Source of the DNA: Ministeria vibrans ATCC 50519
Lineage: Eukaryota > Protista > Filasterea
Length of the DNA stretch: 64,000 nucleotides
Assembly (NCBI GenBank): GCA_943704425.1
Contig: CALSCP010001674.1
Coordinates: 173,357 to 237,356, forward strand
Reading direction: 5' to 3'
Below the pieces are notes generated by a model. That model saw only the letters and a program-made list of their open reading frames with translations. It made no database searches and was not told the origin of the DNA. This document shows, piece after piece, positions 52,939 through 64,000 of the stretch (position 1 is its first letter; each line of letters starts with the position of its first letter). The translations under genes and the position numbers were made by a program.

Positions 52939-55900
52939 ATGGGAATTCCAGCCTTCTTCAGATGGCTCTCAAAGAAACACGGCAAGATTGTCCACGATGC
53001 GGTTGAGGAGAGTGCGGCGTCCGTCGACGGCGAACAAGTCCCTGTCGACACGACACGCGCCAATCCCAACGGCTTTGAGATCGACAACCTCTACCTCGAC
53101 ATGAACGGCATCATCCACCCCTGTACGCATCCCGAAGACGCCCCGCCGCCCAAGGACGAAGACGAAATGATGGTGCTCATCTTTGCCTATGTCGATCGTG
53201 TCTTTGCCCTCGCCCGGCCCCGTCGGCTGCTCTACATGGCCATCGATGGCGTTGCTCCACGTGCCAAAATGAACCAACAGCGCTCCCGCCGGTTCCGCTC
53301 CGCGCGCGAAGGCCAAGAGTCGCGTCAAGCACTTGAACATCTGCGAGCAGAAAAGCTGCGCGACGGCTGTCTTCTCCCTGAGCCCTCGTCCGGCTCGCAC
53401 TTCGACAGGTATCGTCTCTACCGTCTTTCGTACTTTGTTCCTTCCTTTGCATCCCCATCCGCGTTGCTAAATCACCCACTCTCACACTCACACATCACTC
53501 GACAATCTTTCTGCCCGTCGCTCTCAGTAACTGCATCACACCGGGCACACCATTCATGGAGCACCTCGCCACCTGCTTGCGCTACTACGTTGCCCAGCGC
53601 ATTTCTGAAAATCCGGCGTGGTCTTCCATCAAGGTAATCATCTCCGACGCCAACGTTCCCGGCGAAGGAGAGCACAAGGTACGTCGCGCACCATCGGTTG
53701 TTTTTGTTATATGCCTCGTGAACTCTTTTGCATGCTCTTGTAGATCATGGACTACATTCGAAGACAACGCGCGAGCGGCGACCACGATCCCAACACCAAA
53801 CATTGTCTGTGCGGTGCGGATGCGGATCTCATCATGCTGGGCCTGGCCACGCACGAGCCATACTTTTGGATTTTGCGTGAGCAGTTTGTCGCCAACACCC
53901 CCAAACCCTGTGCGCTCTGCAGCCAGTTTGGACACACCACCGAAGAGTGTGAGGGACTCCCGCGCACTAAGACGGGCGAATTTGATGAGCTCGCCGACAC
54001 TGTTTCCGAGGCGAACCGCCCCGCCCGCAAGACTTTCATCTTCATTCATTTGCCCATCCTACGCGAGTACCTCGCGCGCGAACTCACCTTCTCGCCCGCC
54101 CTGCCCTTCCCTTACTCCTTTGATCGCTGCGTCGACGACTGGATTTTTATGTGCTTCTTTGTTGGCAACGACTTCTTGCCCCACCTACCGTCGCTCGAGA
54201 TCCGCGAGGGCGCCATCGACAAGCTCATTGCCATTTACAAGCGCGTCACTCGCGATTCCGGCGGCTACCTCACCGAGAACGGCCATGTGAACCTCGAACG
54301 CCTGGGCCTCATTCTCAAGGATGTCGGCGAAATGGAAGACCGCACCTTCCGCCAGCGACGCGTCGACGACGAACGCCGTCGCGAGAATTACCGTCGTCGA
54401 CGTGCCGACGAAAAGGCCCGTCGCGAAGCCAACAAGCGACCTGCCGAGTCGTGGCTCGACCACGAGGCTTTTGCCGCGCTGCCTGTTGTCGCCGCCACAT
54501 CCGCGGCTGCAGCTGCCGTTCCCGTAGCCACCGTCACCGAAACTGACAACCAAAAGGCCGCCAAGGCTCTGATGGCGTCGCTGCGTGGCGGAAAAAAGGA
54601 CAAGACCAGCAAGGGTATGGAGGAGTCGTCGACGCCGGCTCCGAGCGAAGATGCGTCGCGTAAACGACCCCGCGAGGACTCGTCCGACGCTGCAAGCGTC
54701 CCCACGAGCGGACCCGCCGAGCCTGCCGTGCCGAAAAAGGCCAAAAGGGCGGACGACAGCGACGACGAGGAGCCCGTCGACAACGTGCGTCTGTGGGAGG
54801 ACGGCTGGAAGGAGCGCTACTACCAGGACAAGTTTGAACGCTCCGCAGCCGACTCGGACTTTGTCGGACAGGTTGCACACGCGTACATCGAGGGTCTCTG
54901 CTGGGTGATGCTTTACTATTTTCAGGGCGTGCCCTCCTGGAAATGGTTCTTCCCGTTCCACTATGCACCCTTTGCGACCGATCTGGGCCCTCTGTTGGCG
55001 CGCGGCGACCTTGCCATCACATTTGAGCGCGATACCAAGCCATTTGCGCCCTTTGAGCAGCTCATGGGGGTTCTTCCGGCGGCCAGTCGTCTGCATGTAC
55101 CCCATGCGTGGGGTGAGCTTATGTGCGCCGAGTCCTCGCCCGTCCTTGACTTCTACCCCACCGAGTTTGAAATTGATCTCAATGGCAAGAAGTTTGCGTG
55201 GCAAGGCGTCGCACGTCTGCCCTTCATCGAGGAGAAGCGACTTCTCGATGCGCTTGTGCCCGTCTACGATACACTAACGCCATCCGAGCGTCGACGCAAT
55301 GCCCTTGGCGACGAGCAGCTCATTGTGGGTCACAGGTCGACTCTTTATCCGCCTCTTGCCGAGATTTACGCTGACGACTTTGACGATTCGCGTTTGCCCA
55401 TCAAAGTAGAAAAAAAAAAAAAAAAACAATCAATGCTAATGAAAATTGTTGTTCTTTTGGAACAGTTGGACGTGACGCTGTCGCAACAGATGGCGGGCTC
55501 GGCCAAGCGGGACGACGACGGTGTGCCCCCCGGCAGCACCATGGTCTCCCCACTCGCGTCCCAGGGCCTCTCTGACATCGCCAATGTCGCCGTTGTTAGG
55601 TACCCTTGCTTTTCTTTCGACCTTTCTCTATTCTTATTTTTCTTCTCTGTCACATTTTATTGTCCTTTCTACCATTTTGTGTTTCTTTCTTTATTCACAC
55701 ACACACACACGCTTTTTCTTTCACACACATTGTTTCTTTCTCCTCTTATTACTTTGTTTCTTTCTCCCTCCTTCCTTTCTCTCTCTATCACTTTGCCTCC
55801 CTCTTTTCTCTCTCTCTATCACTTTGCCTCCCTCTTTTCTCTCTCTCTCTATCACTTTGTTTCTTTCTCCCTCCCTCCTTTCTCTCTCTCTCGCTCTTTC

Positions 55901-56885
55901 TCTCTCTCGCTCTTTCTCTCTCTCTCTCTCTACACGTTGTTTATTTCTCGTTCTCTTAATCACACACAACACTCACTCTCTTTGTGTCTCGCGTCCATAG
56001 TGTTGCCTACGTCATGCCACAGTTCGACGCAGACTTTGTGTTTTCGGCGGCTCCTCTCGCGGGTGCTCGCACCCCCGCTTCGCAGTTGAGTGAGGAGGAC
56101 TTTTATCAGGGCCATCACCGTGGCGGTGGCGGTTTCCGGGGTGGCCAAGGCGGCAACTGGTCTCGTCGAGGCAGTGGCTCGCACGGTATAAATTAAAGCA
56201 TTTTAGCTCATGTGTGCTCAGGTCCTCATTGCGTTTAGATCCCCGCCGTGGTAGTGGAGGTCACTACTCGCAGCAACAGCACTCTCAGTCGGATTCGCGC
56301 GACCCACGACACCAACATCAGTATCCGCCGCACGACCGTTACCCGCAGCATCCTCACCAGCAACACCAGCACCAGCAACAGCGATACCCACCATCTGTCC
56401 ACGGTAGTGGTGGTAGGGGTGGCTACGGTTCTGGCCCACAGCAGTATCCCTCGCGCCACCAGCCACAGCACTCGCAACAGTACCCGCAGCATCATCACCA
56501 TTCTCAGCAGCACCACCAGCAGCAGCAGCAGCAGCGCCAGCCGCACTACCAGCAGCGCCAATCATCCTACTCGGCCCCTGGCGACCGCGTCTACCCTGCC
56601 GGTCCACCTTCTGCCGCCGCTCCCTCTGTTGGTGCTGCCGGTGTTCGCCACGTTCAGCATCACCTGCCGCCGCCGCAACACCACACGTACGCGTCTGCTC
56701 GACCGCAGCAGCATGCGCCGCAGGCTATCCTAACGCCCGCCCAGCAGGCGCAGATGTACTATGATCAGCAGCGTCAGCAGCAACGCCAGCCGCCCGTGCC
56801 CGCCCATGCCCCGCACGGGGGTTACCCGCCTGCTCGGGGCACCCGTCCTTTTTCGCCCTTCACCGGCAATGCGTTTCCTCAATAA
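52939..56885 (+). CDS. XRN2: 5'-3' exoribonuclease 2 (Rat1); multi-exon
   Basis: [11 protein letters not shown]; [18 protein letters not shown]; [19 protein letters not shown]; PGEGEHK; [17 protein letters not shown]; CxxCxxxxHxxxxC zinc knuckle; [13 protein letters not shown]; [11 protein letters not shown]. Confidence 0.95.
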
Positions 56886-57027
56886 TGTCACTGAATTGAT
56901 GTACGTTTGAAAATGAAACACGCAATATTTTGGGGTTATTTCAATACTATACAAAATCGCGGTGGGTTTGCAATGCAATGCGGAAAAGTAATAAAAACGA
57001 AGGAGGGAGACAAGAAGAACAAGAGCG

Positions 57028-58813
57028 CTAGGTTGTTTCGGTCGGCTTGTCGTTGTCGCGGTCGTCGTCGTAATACTCGTTGTCAGGCAGACGCAGACGG
57101 TCGCTGTCCTGTTGCGTGACACGTTCGTTGCTGGAGGTCGCGCCTACAATGCCGCCTGTGTGCGCTCCCTCGGCTTCCGCCTGCGCCATAGCCACGTCGT
57201 CGTCGTCCCCATCCCCATCGCCCAGGTCCATCATGTCCGGCGGTACCTCATGCATGCCTACGGAGGGCGCGTGCGCCAGCGAGCGCAGGTTCTCGACGAC
57301 ATGCTGGCGCACCGAGTCCAGGTACGTCCGAGAGTTCATGTTTTCGACGCGCATTGCCGTGTCGGTGCACAGCGCAAAGTCAGGCGCAAAGTACGGCAGA
57401 TATTCCGAGTAAGGTAGCTCGTTTGACACCTCTTGGTCAACGAGAATCGAAGTCTCGTACCTGTGCAACACACAAAGAAAAGTTTAATCAGTATGTTGTC
57501 GTGTTGTAGGAGGAACTTGTTCAATTGATGTGCGTACGTCCAGCAGCGAGCAACATTGCGAATGGTGTAGCCACCGCCACCAAGGACAAGGGTGGGAATA
57601 CCAAAGGACTTGACAAAGTCGACGCAGGCTCCATGACCGCTGATGCTCAGATTGAAGCAGCCCAGACGATCACAGCCCAGCGAGTCTGCGCCGCACTGCA
57701 GCACAATCGCAGTCGGCCGGTAAAAGTCCATGATGTTTTGGATCACCGGACAGAACAGTTCTTTGTAGCTGAAGTCGTCGATTCCGTCCTGAATAGAGAG
57801 AGAGGACAAAATGTGCGAAAAAAGATTAGAGAACAATGGGAGAACAAATGAGAGAAACAACGAACGTGTGAGAGACGCGTGTAAACAAAGAAATAGAGAG
57901 GAGAAAACCGAATGGGTGTTGAAGACGAAAGAGAACAAGAGTATACATGTGCAAATGGATCGAATCAGCCAAGACAACATACTTACTTTGAGAGGAACAT
58001 TAACGGAGTAGAGTTTGCCCTTCTTGGTGCCTGTCTCAAACACATCACCGGTGCCCGGAAAAAAGTTGTTGCCAAACTTGTGGAAGCTGGCAGTCATAAC
58101 ACGGTCAGTGGTGTAGAAGGCCTCTTGGACACCGTCACCATGGTGCACGTCAATGTCAATGTAGAGCACTCGCGGATGGTGTCTACAGAAACACATGTCA
58201 AATGAAAAAAAGTAATACGGAGAGAAAGGAGGAAGAAAAAAACAAAGCAATGGAGAGAAAAAAAAAGAAGGAAGAAATAAATAAAGTAATGGAGAGAAAC
58301 AAAGAAGAAACAAAGTAATAGAGAGCATCAAGAGAGAGAGAGGGAGAGTTGACGACGACAGACGCGTAAAAAACAAAACAACAACAACAACAAAAACCAT
58401 GCACACGTACTTTAATAGCTCCAGGATTGCTATGACGATATCGTTGACGTAGCAGAAGCCACTCGCCTCGAATTTTTTCGCGTGGTGCAGTCCACCTGAC
58501 CAATTGATGGCAATGTCGCAACAGTCGTTGTTTAGGCGCACCGCACCCTCCAGCGACGCGCCCGTGTACATCGAACAAAAGTCGTACAACCCATCAAAGA
58601 CAGGACAGTCGTCGCCCACGGAAAACCGTGACAGATACTTTTGGAATGAGCCAATGTTGTCGGGTGTGACTCTGCATGTCGCAGTGTACAGGTTAGTATT
58701 TATAATAAGAGTACAAATTTTAATTCGTACCTCTTGAGAAACTCAATGTAGTCGTCCGCATGAAACCTCTTCATGTCGGCCTCTGTTGCATGATACGGTC
58801 GGTAGATCTCCAT
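57028..58813 (-). CDS. HDAC3: Class I histone deacetylase 3 (5' exon(s) missing)
   Basis: VGDDCPVF; [29 protein letters not shown]; [19 protein letters not shown]; [17 protein letters not shown]; [14 protein letters not shown]. No GHPMKPHR exon found upstream. Confidence 0.9.
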
Positions 58814-59255
58814 CTATGAAAGCAACAAAAGACACCGAATGAATAATCTTATAAACACTGATCAAAAAAAAGCATCTTGCAACTGTGGGCGCGCAAGAAC
58901 TCTCAAGGGGGCAACTCCATATGGATCATCAATTGACATGGTAGAGGCCGGGGAGGCGCCACCGGCCGGGCCAGGGAGACAGACGCGGTTTGGATGCGGC
59001 GCTCGATTGCAACGGTCGCACAACACAGAGCGCCCTGCAAGCAGCGACACCCGTCCCGATCATACTTTTCGTACACGTTAAAGCCAAAGATCATATGTCT
59101 TGCAGATAAACCGACAGGCCAAATGACGAATGGAGACCAAACAGTGAAAGACGAAAAAGCAGAAAAAAAAAAAAAAAAAAAAAAAAGTACACAACCAGTT
59201 TGGGTAAAAAGGAGAGAGCAAACCAACGCAAAATGGCAAAAATGTTGATTGGTAC

Positions 59256-59522
59256 ACGAAAGGCCGAAATGACAACAGTGACGCGAGAGGGAAAGTACTC
59301 CTGGAGGTCGCTGGCCTTCACGACGGCCTTGGCCGAGTAGCGCGTGTCCACTGCGGGCGGTGGTTCGTCCGAAACGTCGTTGAGAAACAGCTCAGGGATC
59401 AACGCGGTGTTTGGGCACATTGCCGTCGCCTTGTGCAAGCTGTACAGCAGAATGAACATGTTGGCAAGCAGCATCGCCCCTGCTCCAATGGCAAGGAGCA
59501 TGGCATGTCGGGCGGCGACCAT
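59256..59522 (-). CDS. FKRP: Probable FKRP exon 1 (type II membrane anchor + start of stem)
   Basis: MVAARHAMLLAIGAGAMLLANMFILLY..RVTVVISAFR|GTACC is phase 0 and joins in frame to AG|EYEHTLVQTIHSL at 52147; compare human FKRP ..LNLLVLFY..RVTVLVREFEAFDNAV. Confidence 0.75.
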
Positions 59523-60280
59523 GAAAAGAAATGGAGAGTAACTGCTGATCGAGAGACGAGACGTGACTCGACTCACTCGAGAAGAGGTCAGAATTCAGAT
59601 TAAAACAAATCTCTTCTTGCTTAAGCTTGATCAGTGTCTTGCTACTGCCTTTTATTCGGGTCTTTATGTAATTATGTTCCCTGTATGCCCTACTATTAGT
59701 CTATTTATCACTCGTCTTACGCCTCGACTTACTTTATTGTTCGACTAAAATCGAATTGAAAGTTTCAAGCCTCTCGTCCTCCTTTGGTGGAGGCGGCACT
59801 CTTAACGAGCTGATGCCCATTGCAATCACTGCACTTCCAACGACAATACCCGTTGCCATGAGCGCCGCAGCGGGAGCCGAGAGGACGACAAACTGTGTGT
59901 GTGTGTAAAACGCCCCGAGTGCTTCCGCCGAGATCATCCACGTTTTTTGGGACGCGACCTTCTGACGCTCTTCCTCGTCCTTTTCCTTCGGTCGGCGGAG
60001 TCGGTGTTTGGTAATGGCGTTGTCTGCTAGAATTTGGTCGCGTTCAGTGGGCGTTCGTGGCACTATATAAATAAAGAGAGGAGTGAAAAAATTCGCAGAC
60101 TTTCGACCATCGCGAGCATATCCAAACGTTCAAGCCCAAAACCAGAATCGATACAATTGGCCAATTGCCTGATTTGCCTCTCAGCCTCTGGGATTCACTA
60201 TATTTCCTATCTCGATGTCATCCGTATAAAATTCGGTACAATACGCATTTTGGCGGATTTTTGGAATGTTTTGGGAATGG

Positions 60281-60311
60281 TATTAATCCGTACTCTCCGT
60301 ACGGATTAATA
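60281..60311. other. Perfect 13-bp hairpin TATTAATCCGTAC-tctcc-GTACGGATTAATA
   Basis: Direct observation; it lies downstream of the minus-strand Helitron remnant. Confidence 0.8.
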
Positions 60312-60699
60312 TCACTATTATGTACTTAAATAATGCACATAATACATACCCAAAACACATGATACCCTTCGATTCGCAGGCGCTAAGTAGCAAGCAAGCC
60401 CAAGCCTATTTTTTTCTCTTGTGGGACGAAAGTTCATAAAAAATTCACCTCACACGAAACAATCGCATCCGGCCACGGCGCACACCACGTAACGCACGAA
60501 CCACACAACACTCAACATCCCAGACCGCTCTCGCACAGCGAACCGCGCTTTGCAACGAAAACCTCACAGCTTCAAGTTCGTAGCTGTTCTCCTCCATTGC
60601 AACCATTGCGAACCATTGCGACGGAATAGAAACGATAAACCCCCATACGTACACTTACTGTTCGTCAGGCTCTTAGTTGTGACAGTGAGTAAAGAAGTG

Positions 60700-62400
60700 A
60701 AGAATCAAGAATGAAGACGGATTCGAATATGATGAAAGGTGTGTGTGTGCAATGTCAGCCATGGTTCAGCCATGGTCTTTTCCTCACGTGCCAGAATGTC
60801 GTCGATGGCCTCGAGTGCAGCCTGTTCGGGCGGGCTGTTGCGCATCCGCATCGTTCAGGTTGTGCGGAGGGTGGCGGAAGTCCGGGGCAAGCTCGACGCG
60901 AAACTCGCGCCACAGACGACGGGCGCTCGCATGCGCTGCACGAACCATGACGACAAAAGTGGGTCTCAACGCGGCTGCCGTAACCCACTGCACGAGAGCC
61001 CGCATTGCCAGATTTGAGTACTCGTCATCACCGACGGAGGTGAGGCCCGCCGCCCTGGCAGCGTCGGCATACGTGTCGTGGAGAACACCCGCGACCGTTC
61101 TCAGCTCGTCCTCCGAACGTGCGACACGGTGGTGTAGTAGAAGGCGCAGGTACACACCGTCAGGATCATGGGTGGCACTGACCGGCTCAATACGCGCGAC
61201 AGAGGAGTTTTTGAGACCCAGCGCGCGTCTGTGCAGCCAAACGGGTCGAGTAGGAAGCGGAGCGGGCGCAGGCGGAACGACTGCCGGGCGACGCGCAGCA
61301 GCGCCGTTGAGACGCCCTGGTGGGCGTTGCACCTATAAAAGATGAAATCGAGTGTTTGAGTCAGTGTTCTGACTTCTGAGAACATGCAAACATGCATGAA
61401 ACTTCCATGAAACAATGTATACCCGCCAACGCAGGGTGGGCACTTTGAACCAACCCTGCCGGCGACGGTTGTCCCGTGGCGGCCAGTTGTCCTCTTTCTC
61501 TTCACCACAGTGTAGAGAGAAAAAAGTTCCAAAATCGTCAGGTTGTCAAAGAGGGGACCGGGAGGGCGAGCAAAGTACAGGAAAAGGTCAAAGTTGGTGT
61601 TTGTGTTGGCAACCTGAAGCAGAGCGCCTGGGTTGAGTTGAACGTGAGGAGGGATGAGGACGGGAGCGCGGTCGCGTGTGTTGACTCGGATCACATGACA
61701 GCCGGGACGTTGCTGATGCGTGTCAAACCCAAGGACCTGCCAGCAGGCGTCAGCAGCACCGAGCCAACGCATAGTGGAAAAGGCGACCAAAGGGTCAACC
61801 TGATTGACGCCCCCGACGACGCGCTCCGCATTGACACCGGCGCGTGCGAGGTCACCGCCGAGACCCTTGTGAATGTACTAATAAAATGTAAGAAAAGTGA
61901 CTGGATGAGCGCCAATTGCAAACATCCAGTCACTTTTCTTACCTTCAAGACATAGTTGACAGCAAAAAGCGAAGTGCAATAGTCGACATTGATGTGACAC
62001 TGATACTTGGCGAGCAGGAAGGCATTGTAGGTCACGACCCACTCATTGCCGACGTTCGCATTGACCATAGCGCCGTCAGGCCCACGACGCCTGATGACAC
62101 CCACGACGCCGTTGTCAGTTGTCACGGCGGCGGTACATCCACCGCCCTACGCGTTCGTCCAAATGTGACATGTCCGAGAGGGGAGCAGGGGAAGCGCTTC
62201 TGGCAAAGCACCGGTGCAACAACAGCTGGCGCGGCGACGTCTGCAGCAGCCGCTGCACGAGGGACACGCCTGCAGGGCGTGTCCGTGTGGGCGATTCAGG
62301 TACCTTCCAGGTCGCCGACGGGTGGATTCCTGTGAAACTGTGACCCTTAGGCATGTAGACGAGCGAGACTGAGGCAAACTATGTTCAAAAAGTCAAAAGC
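60700..62400 (-). mobile_element. Decayed, intron-containing Helitron RepHel remnant
   Basis: GNEWVVTYNAFLLAKYQCHINVDYCTS..VNYVLK; RWLGAADACWQVLGF..H..P; VARIEPV..YLRLLL....SEDELRTVAGV..TYADAA..GL. These are the conserved blocks between Rep and helicase. Stops/frameshifts are present and no Pif1 helicase motifs are seen. Confidence 0.85.
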
Positions 62401-62592
62401 CAAAACTGAACTGTATTAGAAGAAGAAGAACAGTCAAGAACTGTATTAGAGTTACGGAGTAGACAGAATTGACACTTGACAGTGAAAGACTTCATTACAC
62501 TTCGTAGTCAATAGTCATTAATCATTTCAACTCAATATTCATGGGGGAGTGAGCGAGTCAGCCACTCAGGTCTCAAAGTGAGTCTTCAGTCT

Positions 62593-62795
62593 GGCGGCTG
62601 CCTGCTCGCCGGTAGGGCTGGGGCCTCGTCCGGGACGGCTGGGGGCGGCTGCCTGCTCGCGGGTAGGGCTGGGGCCTCGTCTGGGACGTCTGGGGGCGGC
62701 TGCCTGCTCACTGGGGGGGGCTGGGCCTCGGCCGGGACGTCTGGGGGCGGCTGCTTGCTCGCCGGTGGGGCTGGGGCTCGTCCGGGACGGCTGGG
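62593..62795. repeat. GC-rich 51-bp tandem repeat x4
   Basis: Units GGCGGCTGCCTGCTCGCCGGTAGGGCTGGGGCCTCGTCCGGGACGGCTGGG start at 62593, 62644, 62695 and 62746; the minus strand encodes EQAAAPRRPGRGPSPTG-like repeats. Confidence 0.9.
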
Positions 62796-63243
62796 CCATG
62801 GGGGCGAATCGATTTTTTGGACCTCTTTCTTCGTCTGGTTCTCTGACTCTCAGCTCTCTTGCCTGATCACTGATCATTGATCAATTGATATCACTGATCC
62901 ATTGAACTAAAGAACAGAGGTTTTTATCAAAACTTTGACCACGGAGCCTCGCGGAGTTATCCCAATTCCAAAAGTTTTGTTAAAAACTTTTTGGTATATT
63001 CCACAGTTTTGCTAAAAACTTTTGTTTTTTGAATTATAATGTGGTGACTGTATCATTAATAAATGGGTTGTATTCTTCTTCTAATTATTATTATTATTAT
63101 TGTCTCAATTTCTTTTACTATTATTATTATTCTCACTATAACTCACTCTTCTCGACAGTTTTGGTGCATACAAAAACACACAACTCACACAAGTGACACA
63201 ACTCACACAAGTGGGTGACAACAATACACACTTCATTTTCTTC

Positions 63244-64000
63244 CTATTGTTTCTTGGCTCGTCGCTTTCCCTTTCCTGTGCCCCTAAGATGGAGATGCGA
63301 TAAATATCTCAGGAAAGCTGCGTTGGCGCATACTTACCGGGAAGAAAGCTGGCTCCAACTTGGACCACCTCCCTCTTCGCCCTGCTCCTCCTCTCTAAGA
63401 TCAGAGTAGGTGAGCCAAGCGTGCGATTCCTCTCCACTCCACTCCATCCATGCTTACCCTTTACGCTTCTTCGATTCAGGCTTCCCACTCGGACCCGCTT
63501 CCCCTCCGGCCTGCCCACCTCTACGATCACAATAAGATAACCATCCACTTCACTGCATTCAATACTTACCCTCGGCCTCCACGCTTCTTCGGTGCCGGTT
63601 TCTGTCTAAAATGATCAGCCCCGTCAAACTCCGTGAGCGTGATGCTTGCTGCTCATATTCTTACTTTCGTTTCAAGCACTCGCTGTGATGCCAAGCGAGC
63701 AATTCACGCCGTCCGGGTAGTATCAGTTTTTTGAGGGCAAATTTCTGCGCAGGCTTGCCCACATAAGGAGCAAGATACTCAGGGCACTGTTGGGCTCCAT
63801 GCCAGCACACTTTGCAACCGTCGTTGGGGTTGATCGACAGGGAGAATGTATCATAATCCGTGTGGACCTGGCTCACCAATACAATGCCGTTGCCACTCTC
63901 GTCAACTTCTTGTAGGACATCGTTTGTAATCTTTCGCACGAGCGCGTCTTGCACTGCACGATTGCCCTTCTACAACAGCAGATGATTCAGTGGCGGCAGG
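63244..64000 (-). CDS. 3' exons of an unidentified multi-exon gene with basic/Gly-rich tail
   Basis: Open exon ..NPNDGCKVCWHGAQQCPEYL..HHSECLKR followed by several short GT-AG-bounded exons (QKPAPKKRGGRG etc.); no family recognised. Confidence 0.4.

Noticed and set aside
59060-59130. HMIFGFNVYEK as the missing HDAC3 exon
   Set aside because: The splice phase does not match the acceptor at 58813, and there is no HPMKPHR motif.
59734-60063. 109-aa ORF with a hydrophobic segment
   Set aside because: The listed start is not ATG and there is no recognisable homology; left uncalled.

Overview
Gene-dense, intron-rich eukaryotic DNA. It has GT-AG introns packed with (CT)n/(AC)n/(TAA)n microsatellites and poly(A/T), four N-gaps and TTAGGG repeats. 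The gene content mixes animal-type genes (FKRP, Niban-like, C2CD5, TENT5-like, AGFG1-like, HDAC3, multi-EGF proteins) with fungal-type Vac8, which suggests a unicellular holozoan (inference). About 25 genes or gene fragments were reconstructed by reading exons across introns: GH35 beta-galactosidase with ricin domain, a Ubl-RhoGAP-SH3-coiled-coil protein, an NSDHL-like SDR, two secreted EGF proteins with a cubilin-like N-terminus, MCCC1, NUP205, NOP56, VAC8, a secreted glycoside-hydrolase-like protein, N-acylglucosamine 2-epimerase, an MFS transporter, a PPR protein, C2CD5, DBR1, an intronless dynamin-like GTPase, uricase, AGFG1-like, FKRP, COPB2, XRN2, HDAC3 and a decayed Helitron. Four observations stand out. 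(1) The epimerase stop codon lies only 12 nt, in frame, before the ATG of the secreted glycosidase-like gene, a candidate bicistronic unit. (2) A full-length FKRP has exon 1 about 7 kb from exon 2, with XRN2 and truncated COPB2/HDAC3 in between. (3) Two cubilin-N-like/coiled-coil/EGF secreted paralogs are present. (4) Several conserved genes break off exactly at low-complexity tracts, most probably because of assembly mis-joins. All homology calls are from recalled motifs; no database search was run.
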